A DNA stretch of 64,000 bases from Eledone cirrhosa (Eukaryota): the NCBI GenBank assembly GCA_964016885.1, contig OZ024740.1, positions 38,006,001 through 38,070,000 of the forward strand, in the 5' to 3' direction. How positions within the stretch are numbered: position 1 is the first letter of the stretch; the number at the start of each line of letters is the position of its first letter. Positions 62,922-64,000 of this stretch are shown one piece after another. The translations under genes were made by a program, and so were the position numbers. Below the pieces are notes generated by a model. The model was not told the origin of the DNA. It did no database searches and worked only from the letters and a program-made list of their open reading frames with translations.

Positions 62922-64000
62922 ATCAGAACAACCTGCCATCCCTTGCACATAATCATAGACTGGAATCAAAGTACAAATTGTTGTCCTTGAATGCACGTAG
63001 TCTATGCAATAAGATTCATCTTTTTGACTCCTACGTCAAAAGTATCAACCCGGACTTCCTTACAGTCACGGAAACTTGGGCACATCCCTTACTCTGCGAT
63101 GGGGTTTTCAGCATGACTGGCTACAACCTGTTTCGTAAAGACCGCATTAATCGTCGTGGTGGTGGTGTAATGGTCTACGTTCGGTCAAATCTGTCGGCAA
63201 TTCCTTGTGCTGATTTGAACCAATCACAGCAGGAAGTTTTTTTCTGTGATATACGTATGACCATGTCAACACTGCTACTTGGAGTCGTTTAGCGTCCCCC
63301 AAATTACCATCAGGACACTCAACTTTGTGATATCCTCAGAGCTGCTGCCAGGAAGACAGCCACTTATGTTTTCATTGCAGGTGACTTCAATCACCCTGAG
63401 ATTGACTGGGAGACCTTTCGTTGGCCGCCAAGTGCAAATGACTTCCTTGAGCTGGTGCTGGACTCGAGTTGGTCCCAGGTGGTCACCTCCCCAACGAGAG
63501 GTGACAACACTTTGGACCTACTCTTCACCACTACTCCTGAAACGGTCATTAGTGTTACTGCTGAGGAACCTTTAGGTGACTCTGATCATGCTATGATCAT
63601 TGCCAATCTATCCCTCATGGGCAGTAACAAGAACCACAACCATCTCCAAACTGCTCACTTTGACTGGAATAAAGCAAACTGGAACTGTTACTGCACCGAG
63701 TTGCAACGGCCAAACTGGCTTGAGTTCTACGACTCTGGAGATGTCAACACTGTACTCCAGAACATCCTGAGCTCAATATGGACAGCATGTGCAGCATCGG
63801 TGCCACGTAAGCAGAAAAAACATCCCAAAAGCGCAATTTGGGAGACTGCAGCAGTCCGTCTTGCCAGAAAAGAACGGCGCAATGCTGAACGTGAGTACAA
63901 ACTTCACAAATCAGACATTAATAGGAAGAGGCGAAATAGATCGTCCAACCACCTCAAACAGGTGACAAAAAAGGCAGTGCTTCAATTTGAGCAGCGCATA
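62912..64000 (+). pseudogene. CR1-group LINE ORF2, APE endonuclease (one premature TAG; continues beyond the window)
   Basis: LNARSL.NK, VTETW, GYNLFRKDR..RRGGGV, GVV*RPP (TAG at 63290-92 in place of Tyr), AGDFNHPEIDW, PTRGDNTLDL, LGDSDH. Confidence 0.88.

Overview
Eukaryotic, AT-rich, repeat-dense genomic DNA, most likely from an octopod cephalopod (inferred from the (GAT)n-tailed RTE LINEs and tRNA-derived SINE types). The only host gene is an internal part of a Dopey/DOP1-family gene on the minus strand. I recovered 10 coding exons with GT-AG boundaries and consistent phases; both ends of the gene lie outside the window. One intron is about 40.7 kb (14183-54929). It holds a ~19 kb array of a 52-bp satellite with higher-order duplications, a 61-bp and a 66-bp satellite, a near-full-length RTE LINE with a PHD-like finger inside its RT region, a CRE-like RLE retrotransposon, SINEs, MITEs and several long palindromes. 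A CR1-group LINE (ORF1 plus the start of ORF2) runs off the right edge. Most notable: (1) an apparently intact type-I hammerhead ribozyme, sense to the dopey pre-mRNA, inside a Penelope-like fold-back palindrome at 36650-36738; (2) a G_GGA_AAC -1 frameshift heptamer joining LINE ORF1 to an ORF2 that lacks an AUG; (3) a SINE head carrying exchangeable tails assembled from different RTE lineages; (4) satellites that appear to originate at splice sites or at retroelement junctions.
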